Source: a virus
DNA length: 64,000 nt
Reading direction: 5' to 3' (one strand)
IMG/VR virus record: IMGVR_UViG_3300035696_000013
Location: 68,624 to 132,623 of that record
Part shown: piece after piece, positions 36,722 through 47,033 of the stretch
How the letters are laid out: every line of letters begins with the position of its first letter
How positions within the stretch are numbered: the first letter of the stretch is position 1
Made by a program: the position numbers and the translations under genes
Notes under the pieces: generated by a model
The model's input: only the letters and a program-made list of their open reading frames with translations
Database searches by the model: none
Told to the model about the DNA's origin: nothing

Positions 36722-39700
36722 GTGTATCATGGTACAACTGTAGATGCCATTTCTTCTATTAAAGAACAAGGTATCTTGCCTGATAAGAAACGAGGAGTTT
36801 GGGCAACTAGTTCTCTAGAAATTGCACAACGATACGGATTGACAGCTGTTCCCGATTATGAATGGGATGTTGATTATCAACAGAAAACTTATACTCCTGA
36901 AGCTCAATATGCTATTGCTGTGATTCGTGTAGCAGATACAGATTTGGTGGAAATAGATCCTGGAATGTGGCACAGCAATAATCCTATTCCTCCCGAAAGC
37001 ATTGTTAGTTTTGAGATTTACGATACACAAGATCAATTAATTAAAACAGCTGTTAAGAAACCATTGAAATATGTTACGAATGATGAAGGACAAAAGATTC
37101 CTTATCCAGTAAATTGGGGTGCATTTAGTCCTGATGTATACCCAAAGGGTCAGGCACCTGAAGATCCCACTCGTACAGACATTACTGAGGTAATTCATGA
37201 ACTTGTTAAAGAATATGGGCAGACACCATATGAAATTAACAATGGTGATTGCCAGCATTTTGCTTACGAATTGCATAATCGAGTAAAAGGTGCCGAAGTC
37301 TTTGAGGTTGGTGGTTTTTGGATGCAAGAAGAAGTTGATGAACCAAGCCATTTCTTTATAAGATTCAACAATCGTTATTACGATGCCGAAACTCCTCAAG
37401 GTGTGAAAGATTGGAAAAATCTGCCCATATTTCATAACATTACCGGAAAAGAGAAACTTTATCAAACTCATTTGAAGAAGCTTCAAGAAGGCAAATTTTC
37501 CTCTGCAACTCCTTACAAGAAAGCTAATGTGCAGATTGGTCTCCCCGCTACTGCAGCTGCTAAAATCTTTGAAGTTTCGGCTAGGATTCCTGACGAAGAA
37601 TTAGGCGGGGATGGTCGTGAAGATAAGCCTCACATTACCGTGAAATTCGGTGTGGAAGAGAACATCAATAAATTGTATTGGGCTGTAGGAGAACAAGCAC
37701 CTTTCACTATAACACTGGGAAAAACTCATGTATTTAAGCCTAGTTCAAGTAGCGATGGACAAGCTCCTGTTGTAGCGGAAGCGCATGCTCCCGATCTAGG
37801 TGTGCTACACGAATTAGTAGATTCTGCCGTGGGAAATAGACCAGATGATTTTGAATACAAACCGCATGTAACTCTTGCTTATGTTAAACCAGAAGTTGCT
37901 GATAAATATGAAGGATTAGATTGGGTCGAAGGACTCAGCTTTACAGTGGATTCTCTAACACTCAGTCGTTCTACTGGGGTCAAGACTGAGATTCCGTTTG
38001 GTTACAAAAAGACTGCTGGAGAAATGCCGTTAGAAGTACCTGCATCAGGGATTTCTAAGTCGTCAGCAGTTTATCAAAATGCTCCTCAGCGTGTGGAAAT
38101 TCCAGGTGGATTCTATGCAACTTATGAACCTCATCCTGCAGAAGGACAACAATCCAATACTTGGGAGATTTTTGCTCCTATGGGTAAGAAAGAAATTCCA
38201 CGTAAAATTGGGGAAGCAACTCTTCTCTTTTACCCGGCTCCCGTTAAATATCCATCCATCGATAAGATTAATTTGCAACCGGAATACTTAGGCAAAGGCA
38301 TTGGTCGTGCCTTAATGAAAGAGATTGCTAAAGTGTACGGCGGTTTGACATCCGATCCGCAAGGTGTAACTAGCAATATGGCTGTTAGTATGTGGAAAGC
38401 AATGGGTGGTGAGCAGGTGCCAACGGATAAGAACAGTAAGGGATACATGTGGCAGATAACAGCTGCTAAAGGTATTAATATCAGTAAGTTAGAGAAAATT
38501 GCTCTGGAAGCGCGAGAAGAAATCGCTTCTTGTGAGGCAGCGGGTAAATGTCAAGAAGTTTCCGATGCTATCGTAGAGAAACTACAAGCTTTAGGTGTTG
38601 ATGCTTATACCGTAGACGGCTACTACCGGATGGAACCTCATAATTGGGTGCAATTTGACAACACTTACATCGATGGCACTTCGGATCAATTCGATTGGAT
38701 GGATGGGGAAGAAGATTCTCCCTACATTCGCATAGGCAAGATTACAGATTCAGAGTTTAAAGAGAAATATCGAGGAGGAATGAGAGTTGAAGCTGCTTGC
38801 AAAACAGGATCTGTTGAAAACATCCTACAAAAGCTGGCCAAGGAACCTAATGCGAATCAGATTGAGAAAATTGGAGAACACGATTCTTTAGTTTTGCATC
38901 GTCCTGTAGATTTCTATCATGCTACACCAACAGAGAATGTAAAACGGATTCAAAGTCAGGGATTAGTGCCTTATCATAATCCTGCCAACAGAAATGAAGG
39001 AAAGGGAATTTCTCTAGGCACAAAACAAGTTGCTGAATTCTTTGCTCGAATGATTCAAGGAGCAACATCCATTTTAGAAATACAACTCCCCACAGGTACG
39101 AGGATCTTTTGGGATGATGAAAGTCCTAATTCCATCTTTGTAACTTCTCGTATCCCAGGTGCTTATGTCAAAAATGTAGAGCAAGCTTATTCTTCTGATG
39201 AATCAAAAGAAGCTGAATCCAAATTAGCTAAGGGTCAAACCGTTGGCCAAGTCTATTTGCTCCACTTTGACCAACCCTATAAACATGCGCGACACTACCT
39301 AGGATGGGCCGAGAACGCGGAGAGTCGCATCGAGCAGCATCGTCACGGAACTGGGGCACGACTCACTCAAGTTATCAAAGATGCTGGAATCACCTTCCTG
39401 GTTGCTAAAATTTGGGATAATGTAGAGCGAGGATTCGAGCGCCGTCTAAAGAATCAAGGTGGATTGAGTCGTCATTGTCCCATTTGTCGAGCACAGGGAA
39501 TTGATCGGGATACAGTGCGCAAGCAACATCTGCAAGAACAAATAGTTCCCGCTGCTCCAGCTACGCCAGAAGCGGGGCCAGATTATGTTGAGGTTGCTAA
39601 AGCTGCTTCAAAAATGTACAATGGTGGTTCCGGTCAACCGGGTAAATTCGTTACCTATTGGACTCCAAATAAAGAAATGGCTGAGAGTTATGTTGTCATG

Positions 39701-40216
39701 CACAACGATCGATATGGCGATGATGGCAAACTGAGCGAAGCTAATTTCCAGATTTTGCATCCTGCTCCCTGGGAACAAATCGAAACAGAAGCGGAAAAGC
39801 TCGGAATTGACAATGACACTATGACTCCGGCTTCTATCTTTGATCACAATTTGCACGGTGATGCTGTCGGCGATCTCGTAAAGAAATTGAGCGAGCAAGG
39901 CTATGATGGTGCAATTCTTGACGACATCGGCTATGGTGTACAGATAGAAGACAAGGCGCATATTGTTTTTAACAAAGTTGCTAAGATTGCTATGCATAGT
40001 CCTGAAAAGGTCAGAAAATATATACAACAGTTGCATGGGCACGATTATGAATTCGAAGTTGTAGAAGATACTCCTTATGTTCTTAAGCAGCTTGAACTGA
40101 CTCAATTGAAAAATTATGCGGATTTGGCCGAGATTTCTGCTGCAGAAAAAGATAGAGTAGAGGAATACATAAAGAAAAGAAGGCTCAGATTTCCCTGCAA
40201 TTGTAGTGAATTCTAA
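36722..40216 (+). CDS. giant polyvalent protein: ART-like, papain-like, 2H phosphoesterase, GNAT, GIY-YIG, start of ParB-like
   Basis: YHGTT, NNGDC..H, PHITV/PHVTL, GKGIG, GKC..HNWV..D, FYHAT, VYLLHF..HYLG; true start probably upstream. Confidence 0.75.
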   Translation: MYHGTTVDAISSIKEQGILPDKKRGVWATSSLEIAQRYGLTAVPDYEWDVDYQQKTYTPEAQYAIAVIRVADTDLVEIDPGMWHSNNPIPPESIVSFEIYDTQDQLIKTAVKKPLKYVTNDEGQKIPYPVNWGAFSPDVYPKGQAPEDPTRTDITEVIHELVKEYGQTPYEINNGDCQHFAYELHNRVKGAEVFEVGGFWMQEEVDEPSHFFIRFNNRYYDAETPQGVKDWKNLPIFHNITGKEKLYQTHLKKLQEGKFSSATPYKKANVQIGLPATAAAKIFEVSARIPDEELGGDGREDKPHITVKFGVEENINKLYWAVGEQAPFTITLGKTHVFKPSSSSDGQAPVVAEAHAPDLGVLHELVDSAVGNRPDDFEYKPHVTLAYVKPEVADKYEGLDWVEGLSFTVDSLTLSRSTGVKTEIPFGYKKTAGEMPLEVPASGISKSSAVYQNAPQRVEIPGGFYATYEPHPAEGQQSNTWEIFAPMGKKEIPRKIGEATLLFYPAPVKYPSIDKINLQPEYLGKGIGRALMKEIAKVYGGLTSDPQGVTSNMAVSMWKAMGGEQVPTDKNSKGYMWQITAAKGINISKLEKIALEAREEIASCEAAGKCQEVSDAIVEKLQALGVDAYTVDGYYRMEPHNWVQFDNTYIDGTSDQFDWMDGEEDSPYIRIGKITDSEFKEKYRGGMRVEAACKTGSVENILQKLAKEPNANQIEKIGEHDSLVLHRPVDFYHATPTENVKRIQSQGLVPYHNPANRNEGKGISLGTKQVAEFFARMIQGATSILEIQLPTGTRIFWDDESPNSIFVTSRIPGAYVKNVEQAYSSDESKEAESKLAKGQTVGQVYLLHFDQPYKHARHYLGWAENAESRIEQHRHGTGARLTQVIKDAGITFLVAKIWDNVERGFERRLKNQGGLSRHCPICRAQGIDRDTVRKQHLQEQIVPAAPATPEAGPDYVEVAKAASKMYNGGSGQPGKFVTYWTPNKEMAESYVVMHNDRYGDDGKLSEANFQILHPAPWEQIETEAEKLGIDNDTMTPASIFDHNLHGDAVGDLVKKLSEQGYDGAILDDIGYGVQIEDKAHIVFNKVAKIAMHSPEKVRKYIQQLHGHDYEFEVVEDTPYVLKQLELTQLKNYADLAEISAAEKDRVEEYIKKRRLRFPCNCSEF

Positions 40217-41264
40217 CTTGGAAATAGTCGATGGCATGAGTCGTGCGGCTGCTGCAATTCAATGCGGAGATACTAAGATAGATGCCTTTGTCCCTGTCAA
40301 TGCTAAGATTGCTGCAGTCTCTAAAGAATGGGTAGAGAATGTAGAAATTTACTATGGGATTTCAGAGGATCCTGCCGCAAAATGCTTTATCAAACCCGAT
40401 GGCAAATTCATAAACGTTGATCAAATTCATGTCGAAATTACTGAGTTAATGCAGAAACCCGACAGAGATTTACTAGGAGGTTCTGATAGAAAAGTAGAAG
40501 CTTTCTGCAAAACAACAGGCTGCATTCGTGCTGGAGCATTCGGCTCTAATGCTTGGTATGTTATTCCGACAAAATACACAGTAACTCCTGAGCAAATTAA
40601 GGGTATGGAACGACATTTTGCAAAATGGTGTATTGGAGGAGCACTCAATATTGGCATAGGCGATGAGAAATCCGTATCGAAGATTCCAGCATTAGTTTCA
40701 TCAATTCGAGTTTTGCTCAATAAGTTGTACAAGAAGAAAGTTGCTGTTACGAATAACGCAGACATGAAAGAAATCCACAAGGAACTTCAACGTGTTGCTT
40801 TTGGTACGGTTGTGGCTCTTCCGCTCAAGAATGGATTAGTTCGAGTTATGGACAATCATTACGATGTGATAAAGCCCAGGGATGTCGATCCAACTGCTCT
40901 GTATCTCTGGTTGTCGGAATTGCCTGACAATCTCGATCTTCAAAAATTTAATGAAGAATGGCAAAGATTCGGTAGCAAATCAGCTTCTCTTTCGAAGACT
41001 GCATTCACCATCGAAGTTCCTAAGTCTGCTAGAGATCATTTCTGGGTTGAACCACCTAAAGGTAATCTGGAATTCTGGGGTTTCCGGCATCCCGTTATAG
41101 TTTTACCAGGTGAGAAAATTACTTTCACTTTTGATGGTACTCCCGTGGCTGAAGCCGTTGCACTCAAAACCGAAGAGCCGGGTAAAACGGAATGCAATCA
41201 GACGGGTCGATTCAAGAACAGTTATAAAGTGTTTTGGGACCCAGAGCAATTTCGGAAGCTTTAG
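40206..41264 (+). CDS. probable frameshifted continuation of the polyvalent protein (ParB-like C-half plus others)
   Basis: the +1 frame upstream reads EGSDFPAIVVNSNLEIVDGMSR, a ParB-like P.IVV..IVDG.R motif. Confidence 0.6.
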   Translation: MNSNLEIVDGMSRAAAAIQCGDTKIDAFVPVNAKIAAVSKEWVENVEIYYGISEDPAAKCFIKPDGKFINVDQIHVEITELMQKPDRDLLGGSDRKVEAFCKTTGCIRAGAFGSNAWYVIPTKYTVTPEQIKGMERHFAKWCIGGALNIGIGDEKSVSKIPALVSSIRVLLNKLYKKKVAVTNNADMKEIHKELQRVAFGTVVALPLKNGLVRVMDNHYDVIKPRDVDPTALYLWLSELPDNLDLQKFNEEWQRFGSKSASLSKTAFTIEVPKSARDHFWVEPPKGNLEFWGFRHPVIVLPGEKITFTFDGTPVAEAVALKTEEPGKTECNQTGRFKNSYKVFWDPEQFRKL

Positions 41265-41265
41265 T

Positions 41266-41697
41266 ATGCGAAGACATTCTTCTCTCAAAGGACACGCAGC
41301 GTCCAATTGGATGGAAATGATGGAAAATCACGAGATTGACGAAGCCACTGCTGACGAGGTAGAGGCTCAATTAGATATAGCGTTAGAGAACGATCCGACT
41401 AAAGGAGACAGTCTAGGTCATCCTGTAATCAGACGTGTAGATACGGGTAGCCGTCCCGTTGCTAAACCAGATAATTTTGAGTATGGATCAACAGGATCTC
41501 ATGGAGCTAATCGTACAACTCCACTTATCCATGCTACTCCTTCGAAACCGGGTCAACCTACTAACAAACTACAAGAAGCCGTTCAACGTCAAGGAGCACA
41601 AGCTGTACGGATAGCTGTCCGTCGAGGTAATAGTGAAGAGGTGGCTAGGTCGCATGCTCGACAGATGTTACGTCGCATTGGTAATGGAAGACGATAA
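41266..41697 (+). CDS. hypothetical protein
   Basis: ATG immediately after the previous stop. Confidence 0.55.
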   Translation: MRRHSSLKGHAASNWMEMMENHEIDEATADEVEAQLDIALENDPTKGDSLGHPVIRRVDTGSRPVAKPDNFEYGSTGSHGANRTTPLIHATPSKPGQPTNKLQEAVQRQGAQAVRIAVRRGNSEEVARSHARQMLRRIGNGRR

Positions 41698-41707
41698 GGA
41701 GTAGGTT

Positions 41708-42124
41708 ATGTGGCATATTCTTATATTTGCTCTTAAGCTTTTCTTTGGATCAGTTGCAGGATTAATCTTGGCAGGTTTCCTGGTTGCCACGTTGCGTGCT
41801 ATTCTGAATCATAAGAAAGCCGCACCTTGGAATCCAGATGATATTCCTGCTGCTATGGCTAAAGCTGCAAGTGAGAAATGGGTTCATCGCTCTCTGGCTG
41901 CTTTTGATATAGCAGTCAATGTAATCTTGCTTCGTGGTCAACAAGACGAAACTATTAGTACACATTCGTGGCGTGCGGCTCAATTAGGTAAGTTGTGGGG
42001 CCGAGCAATGTGCTGGTGGCTGAATTTGTTCCAGCCGAATCATGGACCTCTTGCTGCTTGTGGAGATTTAGTGCGTGCTATGACACGAGTCGCTGTACTT
42101 AAGAAGGCTCTCGGAATAGCATGA
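41708..42124 (+). CDS. membrane protein
   Basis: AAGGAG SD, N-terminal TM, D..vN....G..DETIS motif. Confidence 0.65.
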   Translation: MWHILIFALKLFFGSVAGLILAGFLVATLRAILNHKKAAPWNPDDIPAAMAKAASEKWVHRSLAAFDIAVNVILLRGQQDETISTHSWRAAQLGKLWGRAMCWWLNLFQPNHGPLAACGDLVRAMTRVAVLKKALGIA

Positions 42125-42444
42125 AATTGCATAGAGTAGCCGAAGATGAAGTCGAAACTCTATACGCATTCCATTGCCCCGCTTGTGGTCATGCTCACAT
42201 GCTTCCACTACGAGGACCTCGTGCCTGGATATGGAATGGAAGCATGGATAAGCCCACCATTACACCCAGTATTCGTACCTGGGGCAAGCAGGACATGAGC
42301 GATCAGTGTCATTCTTATATTACAGAAGGAAAGATATTCTTCTGTGCTGATTCTTGTCATGAACTAAGAGGTCAAACTGTAGAACTTCCCGAGTGGGAAT
42401 CCCAGTGGGATTCTCAATACACATCTCCGAATTTAAAGAACTAG
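42121..42444 (+). CDS. DUF6527-like Zn-binding protein
   Basis: HCPACGHAH, WNGS.DKPT.TPSI, CHS. Confidence 0.6.
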   Translation: MKLHRVAEDEVETLYAFHCPACGHAHMLPLRGPRAWIWNGSMDKPTITPSIRTWGKQDMSDQCHSYITEGKIFFCADSCHELRGQTVELPEWESQWDSQYTSPNLKN

Positions 42445-43092
42445 CTTTCCATTGCGTAAGAACCCATGCCAGTTGCCCGATAGAATACTCCCCGCTCCCG
42501 CTCCGCAAGTAAACCCATTCTTGTCAACAGTTATCATTGGAGGAGTTCCGTGTCTTATCCAGCAACGATGTAAACGATCTTCTTTCATAGTACAGTTGGA
42601 AGCACGACTGTCTATGTTCCAATCCCCACCCGGTGTCTTGCACATTAGTGGTGGTTCGGTTTGATTGGTCCAATCCCAAGAATATCCACTATCGTCCGAC
42701 CGCATCCACCAAGCATACCATAAAGCTCCCGGAGGAGCTTCCTGTATTGTAGTTAACTCTCCGTTGTCCGAGCGCATTTGTAAACGATGAGCGAACATCT
42801 GTCCACCCCGTTCTTGCAAATCAGAATGAACTAGTGCGGCTCCACATTTACAATTGGTTGGCCAAATAGGATCTGTTGCAGGAGGACGAATACTTTCTAA
42901 GAAAGCATTCCAATCTTCATATTCGTACTTCTTGTAAGGGAAGTCAAAATCGCCAATAAGATTCATATTATCGTGGTATGAATATTGCCCTTTGCATAGA
43001 GGACAGCAATCAGGTACATTAGCTGAATAACGTCGTGCCCACACTCGTATCTTATCAACTTCGGTAAGAAGATAGCAGGGCCATTCGTTCAT
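42433..43092 (-). CDS. Cys/Trp-rich protein with DUF6527-like C-terminus
   Basis: W.RHG.PP.IT..SI..WHGFLRNG. Confidence 0.55.
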   Translation of the reverse strand: MNEWPCYLLTEVDKIRVWARRYSANVPDCCPLCKGQYSYHDNMNLIGDFDFPYKKYEYEDWNAFLESIRPPATDPIWPTNCKCGAALVHSDLQERGGQMFAHRLQMRSDNGELTTIQEAPPGALWYAWWMRSDDSGYSWDWTNQTEPPLMCKTPGGDWNIDSRASNCTMKEDRLHRCWIRHGTPPMITVDKNGFTCGAGAGSILSGNWHGFLRNGKLVL

Positions 43093-43095
43093 ATC

Positions 43096-43365
43096 TTATC
43101 CCTTGCTGCCATCAGGAGGTGCTGTAGGAGTCGCATCAGGAGTAGCATCGGGCCACTTCTGGTAAACAAAAGCATGACCTGCTAAGAACCCAAAGAAGGC
43201 GTAAGAGAAGCTGACGAAGTTAGCTCCCAAGTCGTGTCCCGATTTAATGTGATAAGCAAGAGCAGTAATAGCGTATCCCGTTCCGATTGCTGTGTGAGAA
43301 TAGTTGGTAAGTTTACTGAGGATACCTGCGATAGTGGGATTTCCCATTAATTTTCTAAAGTCCAT
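43096..43365 (-). CDS. small membrane protein (holin-like)
   Basis: two TM segments; AAGGAG SD. Confidence 0.5.
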   Translation of the reverse strand: MDFRKLMGNPTIAGILSKLTNYSHTAIGTGYAITALAYHIKSGHDLGANFVSFSYAFFGFLAGHAFVYQKWPDATPDATPTAPPDGSKG

Positions 43366-43411
43366 GGACTCTGCTCCTTCAAAATAGTTCTCTATAAGAA
43401 GGGAAGCAAAG

Positions 43412-44599
43412 TTACGAAGATTGCTTACTGACTGGACTTGGACTCTGGCCAGCATTTACAATCAAGGGAGAAGTACGATGAGCAATAGGACGTTCTGTGA
43501 TCAACATCTCGGGTCCATATTCTTTGATGATAGTGGGAACTAGAGCATCCTCATCGCGCTTTTTACTGAAGATCAATTTTCCTTCTTCTAATTCAACTTG
43601 AACATAATCTCCTAGCTTGATTTGATTGGTAGAGATTAGATTGGCTAGCGGTAAAACAAGATTCTTTTCTAAGATTCGTTTAAGATGACGAGCACCGTAT
43701 TTGCTATCTGTTCCTTCTTTAAGAAGATATTCTTTAGCCTCTCGATTACAGACAAATACAAAAGGATTAGGCTTGGTTGCTATAATCACACGTTTCTGAA
43801 TCATTCGGAGTTCAATTTCTAGAATTTGTTTGAGGTCTTCTTCGCGCAAAGTCTTGAAAACAATGGTCTTATCAATACGATTCATGAATTCAGGAGTGAA
43901 CTTGCGGCGAGCCGCTTCTACTGCTACTTTGTCGATCTTTCCATCAAGACTGGCATCAAGAGGAAGATTACTCTGAGTAAAGCCTAGTCCTCCTTCACCT
44001 TGTAAGCGTGCGATATCTCCTGATCCAAGGTTAGAAGTCAAGAAAATCATACATCTGCTCAAATCCACCCGGCGATTATCTCCCAGAGTAACAACCGCCT
44101 TATCCATGATTCCCAGCAATAGCTGCCACAAAGCATCGCTAGATTTTTCAATCTCGTCGAAAAGTAACAGAGTCAACTTTAGATTCTCCGTGTGCCATTG
44201 ATTCAATTGTTCCTGGGTCAGGATTGGATGAGTCTCGCGATGTCCCAGGTAGCCCGGAGGCGATCCGAGTAGTTTTGCAATTTCGTGAGAGTGTTGAAAT
44301 TCTCCGCAGTCTATCTTAATGCAAGCATTGGTAGATCCAAAAAGAATCTCAGCCATTGCCTCGACAACTCGTGTTTTTCCTACACCCGTAGGGCCAAGGA
44401 AAAGCAGATTACTTACAGGACGATTGGGAGGATTCAAATTAGCCAGGAACAGTTGATAAGTTTCTACAACACCCCGGATAGCGTCTTCTTGGCCTATGAT
44501 CTTGCCGCATAAAGCTTTTTCGAAATCCTGCGCACTTGTGTTCCGTTTCGTTGTGTCTAATCTAGTCGATGCAGTTTTCACTCCAGCCGCCATTCCCAC
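43412..44599 (-). CDS. ClpA/ClpB-like AAA+ ATPase (D2 module only)
   Basis: IIGQ, GPTGVGKT, LGSPPGYLG, LLFDEIEK, PEFMNRID, YGARHL. Confidence 0.88.
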   Translation of the reverse strand: MGMAAGVKTASTRLDTTKRNTSAQDFEKALCGKIIGQEDAIRGVVETYQLFLANLNPPNRPVSNLLFLGPTGVGKTRVVEAMAEILFGSTNACIKIDCGEFQHSHEIAKLLGSPPGYLGHRETHPILTQEQLNQWHTENLKLTLLLFDEIEKSSDALWQLLLGIMDKAVVTLGDNRRVDLSRCMIFLTSNLGSGDIARLQGEGGLGFTQSNLPLDASLDGKIDKVAVEAARRKFTPEFMNRIDKTIVFKTLREEDLKQILEIELRMIQKRVIIATKPNPFVFVCNREAKEYLLKEGTDSKYGARHLKRILEKNLVLPLANLISTNQIKLGDYVQVELEEGKLIFSKKRDEDALVPTIIKEYGPEMLITERPIAHRTSPLIVNAGQSPSPVSKQSS

Positions 44600-44725
44600 G
44601 TGGATTTACCTTCTTGCTGTATGATTGCCAACACTCCAAGCTACGCAATATCTTACTGCTCATTGTTAAACTACTGCATAGACAAGGAAAACAGGTAAAT
44701 TATTTCTACGCGATTTTGCATTTTA

Positions 44726-45010
44726 TTAAGATGGAGCTACAGGTGATGGTGTAGGAGTGCTGCTGCCATTCCCATTGCCATTACCATTGTTATGATTGTT
44801 TCCATTCGAATACTTATTTTGAATGTAAAGATGGCTACCTAGAAAACCCAAAATTGAAGTCGTAAATGTTACAAATGTAGCATCCAATCCACCAGGACGC
44901 CATGTATAAATAGCGGCTCCAATTAAAAAGATTATCATTCCACAAGGAATATGTCCATCTGAAGTCAAACTGGTTAATAAAGCAGCAAATGCTTCTTCTA
45001 ATTTGCCCAT
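44726..45010 (-). CDS. small membrane protein (holin-like)
   Basis: two TM segments, similar to 43096-43365. Confidence 0.5.
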   Translation of the reverse strand: MGKLEEAFAALLTSLTSDGHIPCGMIIFLIGAAIYTWRPGGLDATFVTFTTSILGFLGSHLYIQNKYSNGNNHNNGNGNGNGSSTPTPSPVAPS

Positions 45011-45020
45011 CTATTTCTCC

Positions 45021-47033
45021 TTATTCTTGCGCACAGTACGAACCAGGTTCGATGGTTAGTATGCCTGTGCCCACGCCTTTGGCGTTCACTGCTACAGTAC
45101 CTGCCGTAGTGCCGTTATAAATAGAGACGATATATTGTCCTGTGAAAATGGTCGTTGCAGTAGTCGTTGCCACACCGGATGTTGGTATCTGCACTGCGTA
45201 AGCTGAACCAGTCAAAGATAAACTGCTAGAAGCCGTTGCCGTTGTCCACCAATTAAAAAGTTGTGTAATCGTAGTTGGAGTTCCAGGTCCAGTCACTTCC
45301 AGGATGATACCATCCGTAGTAGCCGATACCGCATAAGAAATTTCGCAGCGTATACGCATCTGCTGGCTGACAGCAATTGGGAACTGCCATGGATGGAGAG
45401 GCGTTGTCGTTTCAGTAACAGGTGTAAAACCTGTCGTTGCATTTGTATATACCGCCACGAGCATGGCCACGTTTGCTGGCGTCGCAGTCTGCGAATACCA
45501 GTTGCAGGGATATGTTGTTCGTCCCCCGGACAAGTGCTGGAAGATTTGCCTCGTAATTAGACAAGAGCCATAGTCCGTTGGATGCTGGCTGTCTGTCCAC
45601 AATAGATTATTGGATACGTCTTGAGCGATATTAGCAGCAGAGTCCTGAGCGATGAAGTTTGGATTTCCGCCTGTTCCCGACACACCTGTCACGCCTGTTC
45701 CTACCCACGCATCGGCTAAGTTGATAACATCCCAAGGGTAGCCTACAGAAGGGTTTTGAGCGTACTGCCATTCAGCAAGTTGAATCCAAGCGTACTGATT
45801 CGCCGTGGTAGAGTTGTAAGGAGTTGGAATCAACAGTTCTATGGATGCACCCGCATTCTGGCAAGCAGTTGCTACCGTTTGTAGGTTTGTAACTACACCT
45901 GCCGGAGTAATAACGCCGGGATTCTGCGCATCATTTTCGCCGTCCTCTAGAATGCAAAGAGCAGGTTGACCCGCCAACAGGTTGAACCATCCCAGTCCCG
46001 TTGCTCCTGTCCAGAAGGCACTAGAGATAGCTCCTTCACCCATGTTATCCACAACCACGCCAGTGTTACCTGTAGTTGTAATTGCTTCGTAACCACCAAG
46101 ATAAGAACTTGCTCCTGAAGCTGTAAGCGTAACGGCGGAGTTGACTAAACCACCAGTTTGAGTCAAGGTTCCACTGCTTGCCGTAGAAGAGGCGGACAAT
46201 AGATAAGTTCCTGCTCCACCAGCAGTTCCCGTCAATTGCTGAGTGATGGTTGTACCGCTCGTGACCGCAGTTCCTGACAACACGCCACCAACAGCAAATG
46301 AGCCAGATGCAACAGTAGTAACAGTGAGGACATTGCCCGAGATTGACCAAGAGGACGCAGTTCCCGTGGTGACCGTTGTATTGCTAAATTGCTGGACTAC
46401 ACCAATCGTGGTGGAAGAGGTCGTACCACAAGCAGTGCCAACGCTAGTTCCACCAATAGTGACCGCCCATCCAGTATTGGAAGCGGTTTCGACGCAGTAA
46501 ATGTTGATGCGGTTGAAGCCTTGTCCAACGTTGATAGTCAGTACACCGTCACTAGTGATTGTGAGCAACGCACTGCCGTTTAATGAATAGCCCGATTGCT
46601 GAGGGCCAAAGACTGTGCTTTCTGACACCGATCCACTAGTAAGTGTATATCCACCTTCTCCACCATCTACCGTAGCCGTCGGCATGAGTCTGAATGGAAT
46701 GCGGAGTCCAGTGGAATACTGAACATATTGTTTTAAGAATTCATTTCTTAATGCGAGAACAGGTGAGTTGGCCGCATTATATGGACCGTCGGTGCAAGGT
46801 GTAATCTGGTAGCAGGTGATGATGCTGTCGCCAAAACTGACAATGCGAACAATCTGTGTATTGGATTGCCGCAAAGCAGCATAAAAAGCATCAAGACCGC
46901 CACCACCTGTATTTGTGAATGTGGACTTTCCTGATGTAGAAGGATTATATTGCGCTTGTACTTTAGACGGAAGTATAAGAGCCAGCGCCAATATCATTAG
47001 CGCAGTTAATTTTCTGAACATTTTACCTCCCAA
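45021..47033 (-). CDS. SGNH/GDSL esterase-containing fibre-like protein with signal-peptide-like N-terminus
   Basis: FGDSI, GEND, DSQHP; Thr/Gly-rich. Confidence 0.65.
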   Translation of the reverse strand: MGGKMFRKLTALMILALALILPSKVQAQYNPSTSGKSTFTNTGGGGLDAFYAALRQSNTQIVRIVSFGDSIITCYQITPCTDGPYNAANSPVLALRNEFLKQYVQYSTGLRIPFRLMPTATVDGGEGGYTLTSGSVSESTVFGPQQSGYSLNGSALLTITSDGVLTINVGQGFNRINIYCVETASNTGWAVTIGGTSVGTACGTTSSTTIGVVQQFSNTTVTTGTASSWSISGNVLTVTTVASGSFAVGGVLSGTAVTSGTTITQQLTGTAGGAGTYLLSASSTASSGTLTQTGGLVNSAVTLTASGASSYLGGYEAITTTGNTGVVVDNMGEGAISSAFWTGATGLGWFNLLAGQPALCILEDGENDAQNPGVITPAGVVTNLQTVATACQNAGASIELLIPTPYNSTTANQYAWIQLAEWQYAQNPSVGYPWDVINLADAWVGTGVTGVSGTGGNPNFIAQDSAANIAQDVSNNLLWTDSQHPTDYGSCLITRQIFQHLSGGRTTYPCNWYSQTATPANVAMLVAVYTNATTGFTPVTETTTPLHPWQFPIAVSQQMRIRCEISYAVSATTDGIILEVTGPGTPTTITQLFNWWTTATASSSLSLTGSAYAVQIPTSGVATTTATTIFTGQYIVSIYNGTTAGTVAVNAKGVGTGILTIEPGSYCAQE

